A stretch of DNA of 64,000 nucleotides from Octopus sinensis (GCF_006345805.1 NC_043006.1:97836001-97900000); one strand, 5' to 3'. Numbered from the stretch's first letter, positions 25,183 to 39,312 are shown. Notes: generated by a model not told the origin, from the sequence alone. Numbers and translations: made by a program.

Positions 25183-25857
25183 GTGTGTGTGTGCGTGTGT
25201 GTGTGTGCGTGTGTGTGTATATACATGTATAAAAAATTATTTTTATACTATACTGAGCAAAAAGCAGTTTAAGCTTACATTCATATATACTCACGCACAT
25301 AAACACATAAACAAACACACACACTCACTCACACACATGCACACACACACATACATTCACACACACACACACACAGACACACAAACGCAAATATACACAC
25401 GCACACACATTTTTGGAAGTTTTTCCTGTTCTTAAACTATTTAATCATATATGTATTATTGAGAAAAAATAATAAAAGTGAAATATTTTTTAAAAGTTTA
25501 CTTCAAAAGTATTTTCAAAATTTCAGGAAAACACTATTGATAAACAGCAAAATAGAAACATATACCAAAACAAACTGCAGAAGGTATGTATAAAATATTT
25601 TCAAAATTATAAGAAGGGAATGACTAAATAAATGATATGCTGTCAAAAATATACAGTGTATTGTAATTTTGCAATTATACAATGAATTTTATTCAATAAA
25701 ATGATTATCTGACAGATATTGTTCGGGAACGCACAAGCAGGGAAAAGAAAACATATGGAGACGAAAATAAAAACGAAAGAGGATAATTTGTATGGTAAAT
25801 ATACATATGGATATATATAGAAATGATATACAAGCCTACATATATATATATATATAT

Positions 25858-25946
<89 letters not shown>

Positions 25947-25978
25947 TTGCGTACATGTGTGTGGTTATATATGTTATT

Positions 25979-26019
<41 letters not shown>

Positions 26020-26130
26020 TATGTACATATAAATTCATATGTCTCTATGAATATATGTACACATTTCTATATATTAGTTTATGTCTTTATATTTTTATAA
26101 ATATGTATAAATATTCATAAGACGCAGTAA

Positions 26131-26380
26131 AGTGGAGGCGCGTGGCTTAGCGGTTAGGGTGTCAGCAGCATGATCGTAAGATTGTGGTTTCGATTACTGG
26201 ACCGGGCGATGCGTTGTGTTCTTGAGCAAAACACTTCATTTGACATTGCTCCAGTCTACTCAGCTGGCAAAAATAAGTAACGCGTCCCGTCCAGCTGGGG
26301 AACACGTATGCCATTGAAACCGAGAAACCGGGCCCATGAGCCTGGCAAGGCTTTAAAAGGGTGCATTTATTTTTATTTAC
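26131..26380 (+). mobile_element. tRNA-derived SINE family C (alternative tail)
   Basis: A-box TGGCTTAGCGG, B-box-like GTTTCGATTAC. Imperfect TSD GACGCAGTAA (26121-26130) / GACTCAGTAA (26381-26390). Confidence 0.8.
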
Positions 26381-28173
26381 GACTCAGTAAGCGAAGTTTC
26401 AAAAGTGTTTCGATGTCACTCTATTAGAGTCTATATGTCGGATTCACCGGCCTGATCATTGACAAGGGTTCATCCGCGATAGCTATGTGAGCCCAGACAT
26501 TACGTCTGATGTAAGCATTAGATTATATCGGTTTTTATAAAGGGAGCTTACTGCTGTGTAGTCATAACTGCTGGCGGACGGATGTTGCATGTTCGAAGAA
26601 AGTTTCCACCTTTGTTTGGATTCGAAACTGCTAGTAATAGTATCACTGTTCAGTAATAGCAAAATGTTTAAGATCTTACAATGCATATGCGGCTGTGTTT
26701 ATGCGCGTGTGATTGGCAGCATTTATTTTCATAGCTATTGTTCTTATATCTCAAAAGTTGTGAACGATATGACTAACATAGCTCACTGTAACTTATATTG
26801 TTCTAACAACATCCATTGTGTGATTGTCTGCAGTAATTAATATCACGTTCTGAAAGCATGACTCTATCCAGAGTAGGTGCACCACAATTGAAAATTTAAA
26901 AACTTTTTCTAACCGTTGATGATGTCATATAAGTGAGCGCTCCCAGTATTTAAAAAAAACAAACTTTCCAAACACTCAAGGTATTCTAGTGACATTAAAA
27001 CTTGCCATTTATCTCATATTTCATGTATTCAATTATAATTCTAACCATATGAATTATCCTCACGTTCATCTCAGTTTTGTCATTATTAGAATTTATCCAC
27101 ATTGGTTTTGTTCTTTTAACACGCCCGCGATTTGCAATTGTTGATGTTTTCATTAATGAAGTGAAGTAGCCCTGATGTCGCAAACACAACAGCTGGTGCT
27201 TGATTATTTATACGTTTTCTAATAAGAGATATTCATGACAAAAACAAAAACTAAACTAATACAAAGCGCATATTCATAAAGAGAGAATAAAATGAGATAA
27301 GGAAGTAAAATTCTGTGTTTGAATAAAAGATATTATTATAAAGTATTCAGGAATAAAACTCACATTGAATACAGATTCTTCCAGTTTGAGATTTTTATGC
27401 CATTATTTTTTTAAACTGACATTTAAATTATTTATAAATTTAATTAGAAACTGATAATAATTACTAGAAGAAACTCATAACTGTCGTAGTACACATAATG
27501 TGGAAATGGAAATGATTAAGTCGGTTTTGCATCTGTATAAGATCGGTTTCTATTACATAGCAACTAACGTTGGTTATTCGTCTTCAGACGTTGCTTAACA
27601 TCGATGAGAACAATTTTGTGAGTGAAATATCATAAAAGGAAAACTGTGTAGGAACCACATTCCAGGACCATTTCTGGACATAATCCATCACCAGTTTACC
27701 ACCCTCATCCGGTTCAATTGTCCGTCGTTGGTAAAGTTCCCATTCATGCAAAAATTCAGCTATATTACAAATCTACGGAAAATTTTTCCATTTTTCGGTC
27801 GGCTTGGTCGCTCACAATTTCTAATATGATGTCTATAATTCAATCTTTGGAACGCGCACGAAGCGCCATGAAGAAGGCGCCGCAGCATTTCCAGTTGCTT
27901 CAGTCAATTCAGGAAAGAATGTGTGCCAGCCGAATGCTAGGGATGCAGCTATCTCTCGCTCCACCTGTTCTTACACCTAGTGTGTGACAATGCAACAAAA
28001 CTGAGAGGGAAGAAAACTGTCTATACCTGCTCGCAAGAAAACAGGCATCTAAAACAATTTTCGAACGCATGATACATCTTCCCATGTGATAAGGGTTCTC
28101 AGGTGATAGCTAGATGTTAATCATCCGTCTATGTATGTATGTATGTATGTATGTATGTATGTATGTATGTATG

Positions 28174-28780
28174 TATTACATCGACCCCAGTGTTTTACTG
28201 GTACTTAATTTATCAACCCCTAAAGGATGAAAAGCAAAGTCGATATCGGCGGAATTGGAAACCAGAACGTAAAGACGAAACAAGATGTCGCGAAGAATTT
28301 TGTCCAGCGTGCTAACGATTCTGTCAGCTTGTCAACTTTTCCGCTTTAGTAATAATAACAACCATTTCTACTGTAGGTACAAGGCCTGAAATCCATGGGG
28401 AGGGGACTAGTCGATTACATCAATCCCAGTGCGCAACAAGTACACACTTCACCGACCTCAAATCATGAAAGACAAAGGCAACTTCGGCGATATGTTAACT
28501 CAACACATAAAGACGGATGAAATGCCGCTAAGCATTTGGTCCGTCAAGCTAAGGATTTTGCCAACACACCGCTTGTATAATATTGATAATTCTTTCTAAT
28601 CTTGACACAAGGCCAGCAGTTTGTGGGGGACGGTTTAATCGATAACGTCGGCCACTGTGCTCAATAGGTACTTACTTTATTAACTTCCACAGCGGAATCT
28701 GAACCCAATATATAAAGACGGACAAAATGTCGCTAAGCATGTTTTTTCTGGCGTGCTAGCGATTCAGCTAACTCACCGTC
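28174..28780 (-). mobile_element. Three head-to-tail diverged SINE family E copies
   Basis: ACATAAAGACGGA / ACGTAAAGACGAA..GCTAA(C/G)GATT blocks recur at ~28270, ~28510 and ~28715. Confidence 0.75.
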
Positions 28781-28789
28781 AACTTAATG

Positions 28790-29006
28790 ATAATGATGAT
28801 GATGATGGTGATGATGATGATAACGATGATAATGATGACGATAACAACAACAACAACAGCAAGAACAACAACAACAATAACAATAATAATAATAATAATA
28901 ATAATACTGATAATAATATTAACAATATAATAATAATAATAATATATAATAATAATAATAATAATACTGATAATAATATAACAATAGTAATAATAATAAT
29001 AATAAT

Positions 29007-29037
<31 letters not shown>

Positions 29038-29380
29038 TAATAATAATAACAATAATAATATAATAATAATGATAATAATAATAATAATATAATAATAATA
29101 ATAATAACAACAATAATAATATACAATAATAATAATAATATAATAATAATAAGAATAATAATAAAATAATAATAATACTGATAATAATATTAACAATAAT
29201 ACTGATAATAATATTAACAATAGTATAATAATAATAATAATATAATAATAATAATAATAATAACAATAATAATAATAACAATAATAATAATAATAATAAT
29301 AAATAATATTAACAATAATAATAAAAATAATAATAATAATAATATAATAATTAATACTGATAATAATATTAACAATAATA

Positions 29381-29413
<33 letters not shown>

Positions 29414-29419
29414 TATACT

Positions 29420-29458
<39 letters not shown>

Positions 29459-29492
29459 GATAATAATATTAACAATGATAATAATAATAATA

Positions 29493-29525
<33 letters not shown>

Positions 29526-29793
29526 GATAATAATATTAACAATAATAATAATAATAACAATAATAATAATAATAACAATAATAATAATAATAACAATAAT
29601 AATAATAACAATAATAATAATAATAATACTGATAATAATATTAACAATAATAATAATAATAACAATAATAATAATAATAACAATAATAATAATAATAACA
29701 ATAATAATAATAATAATAATAATAATATTAATACTGATAATAATATTAACAATAATAATAATAATAATATTAATAATAATAATAATTATACTG

Positions 29794-29834
<41 letters not shown>

Positions 29835-29913
29835 GATAATAATATTAACAATGATAATAATAATAATAAATAATAATAATAATAATAGAATACTGATAAT
29901 AATATTAACAATG

Positions 29914-29946
<33 letters not shown>

Positions 29947-30049
29947 TAATAATAATAATAATAATAATACTGATAATAATAATTAACAATAATAATAATA
30001 ATCATATAATATATAATAATAATAATAATAATACTGATAATAATTTAAC

Positions 30050-30082
<33 letters not shown>

Positions 30083-30148
30083 GATAATAATATTAACAAT
30101 AATAATAACAATAATAATATAATAATAATCTGTGATAATAATATTAAC

Positions 30149-30192
<44 letters not shown>

Positions 30193-30238
30193 TAATAATA
30201 ATAATAATAATAATATTAATACTGATAATAATATTAAC

Positions 30239-30280
<42 letters not shown>

Positions 30281-30314
30281 GATAATAATATTAACAATGA
30301 TAATAATAATAATA

Positions 30315-30380
<66 letters not shown>
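28790..30380. repeat. ~1.6 kb (AAT)n array with recurrent ACTGATAATAATATTAACAAT interruption
   Basis: Direct reading; the motif recurs about 18 times here and about 4 times at 31220-31486. Confidence 0.95.
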
Positions 30381-30381
<1 letters not shown>

Positions 30382-31219
30382 TTGCACTAAACTAAACGCA
30401 AAAGAAATAGACAAAGAAAAATCCCAGCAATGGTTGAGAAGCTCAGGACTCAAAGCAGAAACAGAGGGATTTTTAGTTGCAGCACAAGACCAAAGCCTCC
30501 CCACCAGAAATTACCAAAAACATGTAATGAAAAGAAATATTACAAGTAACTGCAGAATATGTGGAGATGGACAAGAAACAATAAATCATATTATCCTCTA
30601 GCTGCCCAATCCTGGCTAAGAAGGAATATATTCACAGACATGACAGAGTTGGAACCTACATACATTGGAAGCTATGCCAACATATGGGAATAACAACAGA
30701 AAAAAAATGGTATAGGCACACACCAGAAAAAGTCACAGAAAACGAGAAAGCAACCATACTCTGGGATATGCCGATACACACAGATAGAGAAATTAAGGCC
30801 AACAGACCAGATATAGTTGTCAGAGATCATGAAGCAAAAAAATGCTTTCTAATTGATGTACTCAATACCGGCAGATGACAACGTGTCTCTAAAAGAAATG
30901 GAGAAACTCTCAAAATACAAAGACCTGGAAATAGAGGTAACCAGAATGTGGAATGTGAAAACAGAAACAATTCCTATCATAGTAGGTGCATTAGGCATGA
31001 TAAAAAATATTCAGACAAATACATAACAAAAACACCAGGACCTTACAAAACACATATAACATACAGAAAATTGCACTACTAGGCACTGAACACATCCTAC
31101 GCAGAACACTTCCATACAATAACCATCAGAGCATCACAACAAATCACAGCACATACCCAAGGCACACAGAGCTGCGCTCGGTAGTGAAGTGAAAGCACGC
31201 TATAAAAATAAACTACTGA
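30381..31219 (+). mobile_element. 5'-truncated R4/Dong-type retrotransposon, second lineage
   Basis: Motifs QQWLRSSGLKAETEGFLVAAQDQSLPTRNY; CRICGDGQETINHI; LWDMPIHTDREIKANRPDIVV..FLIDV; EKLSKYKDLEIE. (AAT)n on both sides. Confidence 0.9.
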
Positions 31220-31225
31220 ATAATA

Positions 31226-31272
<47 letters not shown>

Positions 31273-31319
31273 TAATAATAATACTGATAATAATATTAAC
31301 AATGATAATAATAATAATA

Positions 31320-31352
<33 letters not shown>

Positions 31353-31486
31353 GATAATAATATTAACAATGATAATAATAATAATAATACTGATAATAAT
31401 ATTAACAATGATAATAATAATAATAATACTGATAATAATATTAACAATGATAATATAATAATAATAAATAATAATAATAATAATAA

Positions 31487-32391
31487 GATGACGAAGAAGA
31501 AAGAGTAAACAATTGGGAGATGAAATCACTGCATGGGCAATACTTCAGGAAAATCGAAGGAGCAGGTAAAACCCACACTTTGAGATGGCTTAGAAAAAGT
31601 GACCTGAAAGGATGCACTTAGGCATTAATATGCAGTGCCTAGGGACAAGATATAAGAACTAATTACACCAAGTTCCAAATAGATAAGAGCAGCGAATCAC
31701 CCCTTTATAGGATGTGTGGCAGCAGAAACAAAACAATCTCACATATTGTGAATGAGAGTAGCAAGGTGACACAAAAGCACTACAAAAGGAGTCACGGTGG
31801 CTAAGTTCGTCCACTGCAGGCTATGTAAAAATTGCGGCTTTGACAGAGTATGGAAATGGTACTAAATTGAACCAGGTGTAACCGACAAAATGGAATATAA
31901 GCTACTATGGGATTTTACAATCCGATGTGACTCTTTAATCGATGCTCGGAGAACAGATATTGTTGTGGTAGATAAAAGGAAAAAGGAAACCAACATTATA
32001 GATATTGCAATACATGGAGATGCACGCATTAGGGATAAAGAATTGGAAAAGGTTGACAAGTACAGACTACTAAAAGATGAAGTTGCAATAATGTGGGTTA
32101 TGAGGAGAGTCCAGTAGTTGTAGGTGCACTAACAACCAAGTTCTAGAAATATGTCAGAGAAATCGGAATTGACATGAGGGTAGAGGAAGCCGAAAAAGCT
32201 GCCCTGTTGGGGACAGCTAGGATTTTGAGACTGGTACTTCGATGTTGAAATATCACACTATACTTAACCACCAATTATCAAAGACTATGATACGCTGAAA
32301 GAGAGCCTGTGAGACCTCTGGCAGCAGGCTGCTCTCCATTCTCACGGAATCTACCATAGAAAACAAGACCAAGTACTCTCAGGAGTAAAAC
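31487..32391 (+). mobile_element. 5'-truncated, more degenerate R4/Dong-type retrotransposon, third lineage
   Basis: Motifs WEMKSLHGQY; WLRKSDLK; LLWDFTIRCDSLIDARRTDIVVVDK..IIDIAI..KELEKVDKY; KAALLGTARILR. AAT/AAC repeats on both sides. Confidence 0.85.
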
Positions 32392-32516
32392 GATAATAGC
32401 AATAACAGCAACAACAACAACAATAATAATAATAATAATGATAATAATAATAATGACAATAACGAAAAAATGTAATTTTATAATTATATAAGCATTAAAT
32501 TTCAGTATATATATGC

Positions 32517-32561
<45 letters not shown>

Positions 32562-32582
32562 TTATACACAACACACACACAC

Positions 32583-32624
<42 letters not shown>

Positions 32625-32711
32625 AGTTAATCCAACAAGAAAACACAGAAAAAGCACAGCAACGCGAGGACGTGGAATAATTAAGTATTACTTAACAACC
32701 AAGTATATATA

Positions 32712-32753
<42 letters not shown>

Positions 32754-32782
32754 TATATATATATGTATGTATATCTACATGC

Positions 32783-33082
32783 ATATATGGGTACAGGATA
32801 TCAAAAAACGTAGACGAAATGAGAAACGAGAGCATAAGAAACAAAAACATAGGAAGCGAACTTTTTTCGAACAACAAAAAAAAAAAAACAGAGGGACGAG
32901 ACATTCAACATACAGAACATTCCCTTCATCAGTTTCCCCCTGTTTTATCTACTCCACGTTTCGAATGTAGGGAATATTCTTTATGATGCATGTCTCGTTC
33001 TTCTTTCTTTGTTTGCTTTTTTCGTTGTTCGAAAAAAGTTCGCTTTCCATGATTTTGTTTCTTATGTCCTGTACCCATATAT
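32783..33082. repeat. ~300 bp imperfect fold-back element between (TA)n tracts
   Basis: ATATATGGGTACAGGA..CATAAGAAACAAAA..AAGCGAACTTTTTTCGAACAAC..ACGAGACAT..AGAACATTCCCT is mirrored on the right arm. Confidence 0.85.
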
Positions 33083-33203
33083 AAATGTATATATATGCAT
33101 ATATGTGTAGGTATGCACATGTATATACTTATATATGCATATATTTATATATTATTTATATTATTATATCATCGAACGCCACGTATTCTTTTCCAAGTAG
33201 GTT

Positions 33204-33240
<37 letters not shown>

Positions 33241-33918
33241 ATATATACATATATACAAATATGTAAGTACATTTATGTATATATATCTGTGAGTGTATGT
33301 ATAAATTCAAGTATGTGTGCGTGTGTATATATGTGTATATATGTGTATATGTGTGCTTGTTTATATCAGTATTTGTTTCATCGTACATGTGCAATTAATT
33401 TCCTGAGTTAGGTTATCATATGGTTTTATACAAAAAGAAAATCAGAGAAAGGAAACCGTTCAAACGAAACCACAAATAATTAGTTAATGAAGCGTTTCTG
33501 ACTCCTTCAATGTTCTCCACTTAAAATATCACAGACGTATCTGATATTTTATTTATTCGGATCATATCAGATATAAGATCAGAGTGAAGTCTGATAAATT
33601 TAGTTTTTGTTATTGTCTCGTGGTGCATCGGCGATTATTAGATTTTGTATTAGCCTATTAATATAACACAAACATATAAGCACCGTATGTCCCACCCCGC
33701 ACATGCACACACACACACACATGCACATACGCGCGCGCACAAACACACAAGTACAGACGCAGGCATTCTCTCCCTCCCACTTACACAAAGACAACACACA
33801 CACACACACACACGCATCTATATATTATATATATATGAATGAGGATATAATGCATATGATGCATACACACGCAGACACGGTTATATTATAAATATAAATT
33901 TATATATATACATAATGT

Positions 33919-33961
<43 letters not shown>

Positions 33962-34157
33962 ATGTGTGTTATATGTTCATATATATACATACAAATATAT
34001 ACAGACACATAGATAAATATATGTGTATATATAAACATACAAAATATATATACATACCTATATATATGTTATATATGTATATATATACACACACCTTATA
34101 GATGTCGATACAAGATATATATGTATGTATATATATATATGTATGTATATATTATAT

Positions 34158-34188
<31 letters not shown>

Positions 34189-34190
34189 TC

Positions 34191-34243
<53 letters not shown>

Positions 34244-34274
34244 ATATATATATTATATATATACATATTATATA

Positions 34275-34308
<34 letters not shown>

Positions 34309-34449
34309 GTTGGTGTGTTTGTGTGTGCGTGAGAGTGTGGTTGTATTCATAAATACGTGTATGTTCTCATCTATCAATGTATACGTATACATAAATAATA
34401 ATACAACAATATATCTACATATATATTGATATATATATATATTTTCGTA

Positions 34450-34499
<50 letters not shown>

Positions 34500-35073
34500 A
34501 CACACTCGCGCATAGTATATGTATATGTACTTATGAGAACGCATCATATTCACATACGCACATACAGCTACGTATATAGAAAGCATGTACAATCCAAATG
34601 ATAAAAGCGAATGAATAAAAAAGATACCGAATCGCTTCCAACCATTTGATAAGATTGAATCTTAATTAATATTCAAGAAATCAAAGTAATTTTCATTAAC
34701 AACTTTTCTGTGTGAAATTTAGCAATAAGGAATTTTAAAGTAACTGAGATTAATCGTATCAGCGAAAATATCAAAAGTATTAAGTTATGGGATATGAAGC
34801 CAGCTATAACTGATTTCTTTAGATCAAATATTAAGTCTATGGAACGGTGAGAAATATTCTCCAAATATTAAAAAAACTATTAAACTTATTGAAGACTTCA
34901 AATGCCAAGATATTTTCAAAAGAATTTCATTAAAAATAAATGTAATGTTTACAATATGAGCGTCTATATTTGTCACACTCTTCATACACATTCATGGCAC
35001 TCATTAAAACCTAATTTCGCAGAATATTTTCCGTTTCGTTAAAGCTCCCTTCTTTATTTATGCCTCTCTCTCA

Positions 35074-35096
<23 letters not shown>

Positions 35097-35139
<43 letters not shown>

Positions 35140-35146
35140 TTATCTA

Positions 35147-35182
<36 letters not shown>

Positions 35183-35197
35183 TCAATCTATCTATCA

Positions 35198-35229
<32 letters not shown>

Positions 35230-35358
35230 GTCTGTCTGTCTGCCTGTCTGTCTGTCTATCTATCTATCTGTCTGTCTGTTTGTCTATCTATCTGTCTGTT
35301 TGTCTGTCTATCTATCTATCTATCTATCTATATATCTATCTATCTATCTATCTATCTA

Positions 35359-35393
<35 letters not shown>

Positions 35394-35420
35394 CCTACTA
35401 TCTATCTATCTATCTATCTA
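35097..35420. repeat. (TATC)n/(TGTC)n microsatellite
   Basis: Direct reading. Confidence 0.95.
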
Positions 35421-35669
35421 CCTTATGTCTGTATACCTTCTTACAACTTTCTCTTCGTCATCTTTCGAAAGAGTAACTTAAGGTTATTAAACTTGAGCAT
35501 GATTAAGAATAAAAACGAAACTTTTACCGTTTGGATGACAAAGTGATAAGAACAGCCAAATTCGTTATAAAATTCATGGAAACTGGCCACTTATGCCATA
35601 CATAGCAGTTTAAACCACCAATCTATGTATGTATATGTTGGTCTATCTGTCTATATGTCAATCAATCTA

Positions 35670-35995
35670 AAAAGACTCCGCCGGTTACGACGACGAGGGT
35701 CCCAGCTGATACGATCAACGGAACAGCTTGCTCGTGAAATTAACGTGCAAATGGCTGAGCATTCCGCAGACACGTGTACCCTTAACGTAGTTCTCGGGGA
35801 TAATCAGCGTGACACAGAGAGTGACAAGGCTGACCCTTTGAAATACAAGTACAACTCATTTTTGCCAGCTGAGTGGACTGGAGCAACGTGAAATAAAGTG
35901 TCTTGCTCAAGGACACAACGCGTCGCCGGGAATCGAACTCACAACCTTACGATCATGAGCCGAATGCCCTAACCACTAAGCCACGCGCCCTCACT
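35670..35995 (-). mobile_element. tRNA-derived SINE family C with family B tail, 13-bp TSD
   Basis: Minus head TGGCTTAGTGG / GAGTTCGATTCCC. TSD GTCAATCAATCTA at 35657-35669 and 35996-36008. Confidence 0.9.
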
Positions 35996-36418
35996 GTCAA
36001 TCAATCTACTTATCTATCTGTTCCCTCTCACGCTCTGCCATATATATTTATACACACGCACACACACAAACAGGCACACACACACACATACACAAACAAA
36101 CGCGCACACACGCATACTCACGCATACTACGCACACGCACACACGGTAAACAAGTGTATTTCTACGACAATTCGCAAGTTGAAACAGACATCTTCAAAGG
36201 TACGTAATTGAATATGTGAAATAATGTGTGTATACAAATGTGTGTGTAAACATACATAGTACGCACATACATATATAGGTATATTTATGCATACGTATGC
36301 GTGTATATATGTATATATATATGCATATATATATATATGTATGTATAACCATAAATGGATATATATATTCATTGAGATATACATATATGAGTATATATAT
36401 GTATCTGTATCTACCTTA

Positions 36419-36823
36419 GGGTTAATGTAGCAAGAATGGCACGTATGAATGACGAAGCCACCTTGACTATGATCCTATGATCCGTAAAAATTAAGACAGA
36501 GAGTTGCTTATTTGTAAAAAAATATAACATGTGACTTCATTGACCGAGGTTACCGTGGTCTTTTCCGTAGGTTTTTCTTTCCACGGGTAAACCTCACCTG
36601 TCCTCCCCTTTACACTTTATATTGACATTTCTGTGATAACGATCCCTATTGATCAATTTTTTCCTTTCCCTTTCTTTCCCTTTTTTAAAAAATGTTTATC
36701 CCCCCCCCCTTTTTTTTGTCCTCTTTCTTTCCTTTTACGATCACTTTTTTACCCCCAAAAGAAAAGCTCTACCTTGTAATTTGTCCTGTCTGTGTGCAGC
36801 CCTGTGTGGCTAATAAAAAATCA
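36419..36823 (+). mobile_element. L1/Tx1-type retrotransposon 3' end (short copy)
   Basis: Homologous to 51777-52232; ends GCAGCCCTGTGTGGCTAATAAA..CA, then (TATC)n. Confidence 0.85.
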
Positions 36824-36857
<34 letters not shown>

Positions 36858-36885
36858 CCTATCTACCTATCTATCTATCTATCTA

Positions 36886-36917
<32 letters not shown>

Positions 36918-37730
36918 ACTATCTATCTGCCTATATCTATATCTATATATAGATATACGTATATACGGTGGGGTTGAGAGCGTGTATAGGTGTGTGTGTG
37001 TGTGTGCGTGTATGTGTGTGTGCGTGCGCTTATAGGCAATGGAAGTTGATGGTAATTGTGTTTGTCATTGGTAATTCTATGTTACACAATTCAGTATAGA
37101 CGTAGATTCTAGACTTTGCCTGCAATATTAATATTTCGATGTGTTTATTGATAGAGACATACAATTATTATTCAATTTTGAACAATCGAAAGTCAATGGA
37201 TTGAGGCATCTTTCTGCAGTATTAATAATATTAAATCGTAGTTTATGTTAACCAAAATTTGTAATTAGTATTCAATACTTAGATTTCCGGTGACTTATCA
37301 ATAAAATGTAGTAACTGATATCTTGAAATGGTAATTTGTTATAGACTAAAAAAAAACAAAGACAAAAACAAAAGAAAACAAAACAAATATAAAATATTTA
37401 TAACAATGTAATATTGTACATCTCGGCAAAAGATCTGTTGATCCGTCAGTTACGTGTTACGTATAATCAAATATAAATGTGGTACTCTGCCTCCTTGAAA
37501 AATATCTTGTAACCAATACTTTGAGTAGACCAAAATATTTTGAGCTATATTTCGTATACGGATGTTGAGTGGAAAGTCCTGTAATTGAGGATTCTTGTTT
37601 CTTGATAACGGTAATCTAATTCATGAGCTATAACTGCCAACAGGCTAATAATTGATTTTAGTGGTAGTTCAAGCATTCGTGCCACGTCTCAAATGAGAGA
37701 ATAACTCCGTTTATTGTTTATGTTTTCCAG

Positions 37731-37930
37731 GAGGGTCAGAGAGGCGGGAAACCGATCATGGACCTTGCTCGAGATCTACGACAGAGTTATATAAGAACAA
37801 CAAAGAGAGCCCGTTATTTACGCTGCAAATTTCACGTTAACGAACGTTACTCTGACAACAACATAACCAGTTTCTTCAACTTCAGAGATACTTACAAAGC
37901 TGAATTAATAAAGCGTATTACATGTTATCG
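37731..37930 (+). mobile_element. Possible PLE N-terminal domain remnant
   Basis: RARYLRCKFHVNERYSDNNITSFFNFR loosely resembles the PLE N-terminal FL..C.DN.I.P.F..F pattern. Weak match. Confidence 0.25.
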
Positions 37931-38479
37931 AGGTGAAAGATTTACTATTCAAATTCTGTCACTATTTCAGATATACGATCTTGTGATTGCCACCTTAGCA
38001 TTATCTAGATGTTACATTTAAATATCGACCATAGTTATAACAGGACGAAGAAATTTGTAATGAATAAATGACTGGATATCTAGTAACTTTTGGTCTAAGT
38101 TTATTAAATTTCAATAGTAGAAAGCAATGATATGCAAACGAAGCATTTTCAGGTGACAATTTATGAATGGATAAAATACAAAATATTAGCAACTACATCA
38201 ACTGTCTCATGAAACTCCTACGCGGATATCTACCTACAATAAATAGCAACCGAGTCTCATACATTCACAACAGTCAAAACAAGCATATCACTAGCTATAA
38301 CGTAAGAACTAAATTTCACTAGAAAAGATGACAGGATGTTTTCGCAACGCAGCCGGTTCTTGTTGTCTCACCATTGTTCTATCATGGAGATATTTACAGC
38401 CCACTCCACGAACAGTAGAAATAAGGTATAAATGATAAGTGTTTCATTACCAACAATAAGATAAAATTATCCCGAAGCA

Positions 38480-39150
38480 TCCATGGAAGAAGTCAAATCA
38501 ATTGAAGTGACAACGACTGGCTCTGAATAGTTCGTAAAATCACTACTTTGCGCTTTTTAAAACAGAAATTGTACGAAGAGAACAAAGGTATTAACGGCTG
38601 GACTAAAAGAAACCTTGATAGTGGAAGGTTGAATGTTGTTCACCACCTGAACTTTTAGATATGCTATGACGGAGTTGGTGTATGCTGGCGTAAATTCTGT
38701 ATCCATCGCAGTCCCAGATATTTGTAGGTTGGTCTTTATCTCCAAAATAAAAATTTGGGTTTAAAGGATAAAATGCAATCCCTCTGAAGAAATTCCGTCC
38801 GGTGTTTCATCAGGGAATTTCCTTCGGCAAAGGTCTATTGCACTGTGTCCGTACTCGTATGGGATTGTTCTATAAAGATTTACTGCAGCAAATGAAGCGA
38901 TTATTGAATCCTTGTTAACTATATTGCCGAGAGGATTTAGTAGGCCTAAGTCTTCTTTGAAATTTCCAATTCCATTCTTTCATCCACAAATTTGACCTTT
39001 TCTTCATTTGTACCTACCTAGGTCGCAATTATTGAAATTCTATTTAGATTTTTTCACAAACGTCCTTTCTCTGCGTTTTCCTTGTTCTTCTCGGTACATT
39101 TTCGATCAGTTTTATTTCGAAGCTTCTGGAAAGAATAAATAAAGTTGCCT
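38480..39150 (-). mobile_element. Degenerate Penelope-like reverse transcriptase fragment
   Basis: IASFAAVNLYRTIPYEYG and LQISGTAMDTEFTPAYTN match the PLE RT motifs SFDV.SLYTNIP and YLQ..GTAMGT..AP.YAN. Confidence 0.75.
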
Positions 39151-39267
39151 TCAACTAGTTTTTGGAAATATTTGCTTTGAAATTGTTCTTTAGCAAATTC
39201 CAAATGCATATTTGTGGGTTGTGAGGTTCTCATTCCAGATATGATTTAAGATGTACGTGCATATATA

Positions 39268-39312
<45 letters not shown>

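Noticed and set aside
27540-27600. CTGAAGA...GAAACCG on the minus strand
   Set aside because: No closing helix II or helix I pairing.
28790-30380. Repeat-spacer periodicity resembling a CRISPR array
   Set aside because: The spacers are just AAT runs, the context is eukaryotic, and there are no cas genes.
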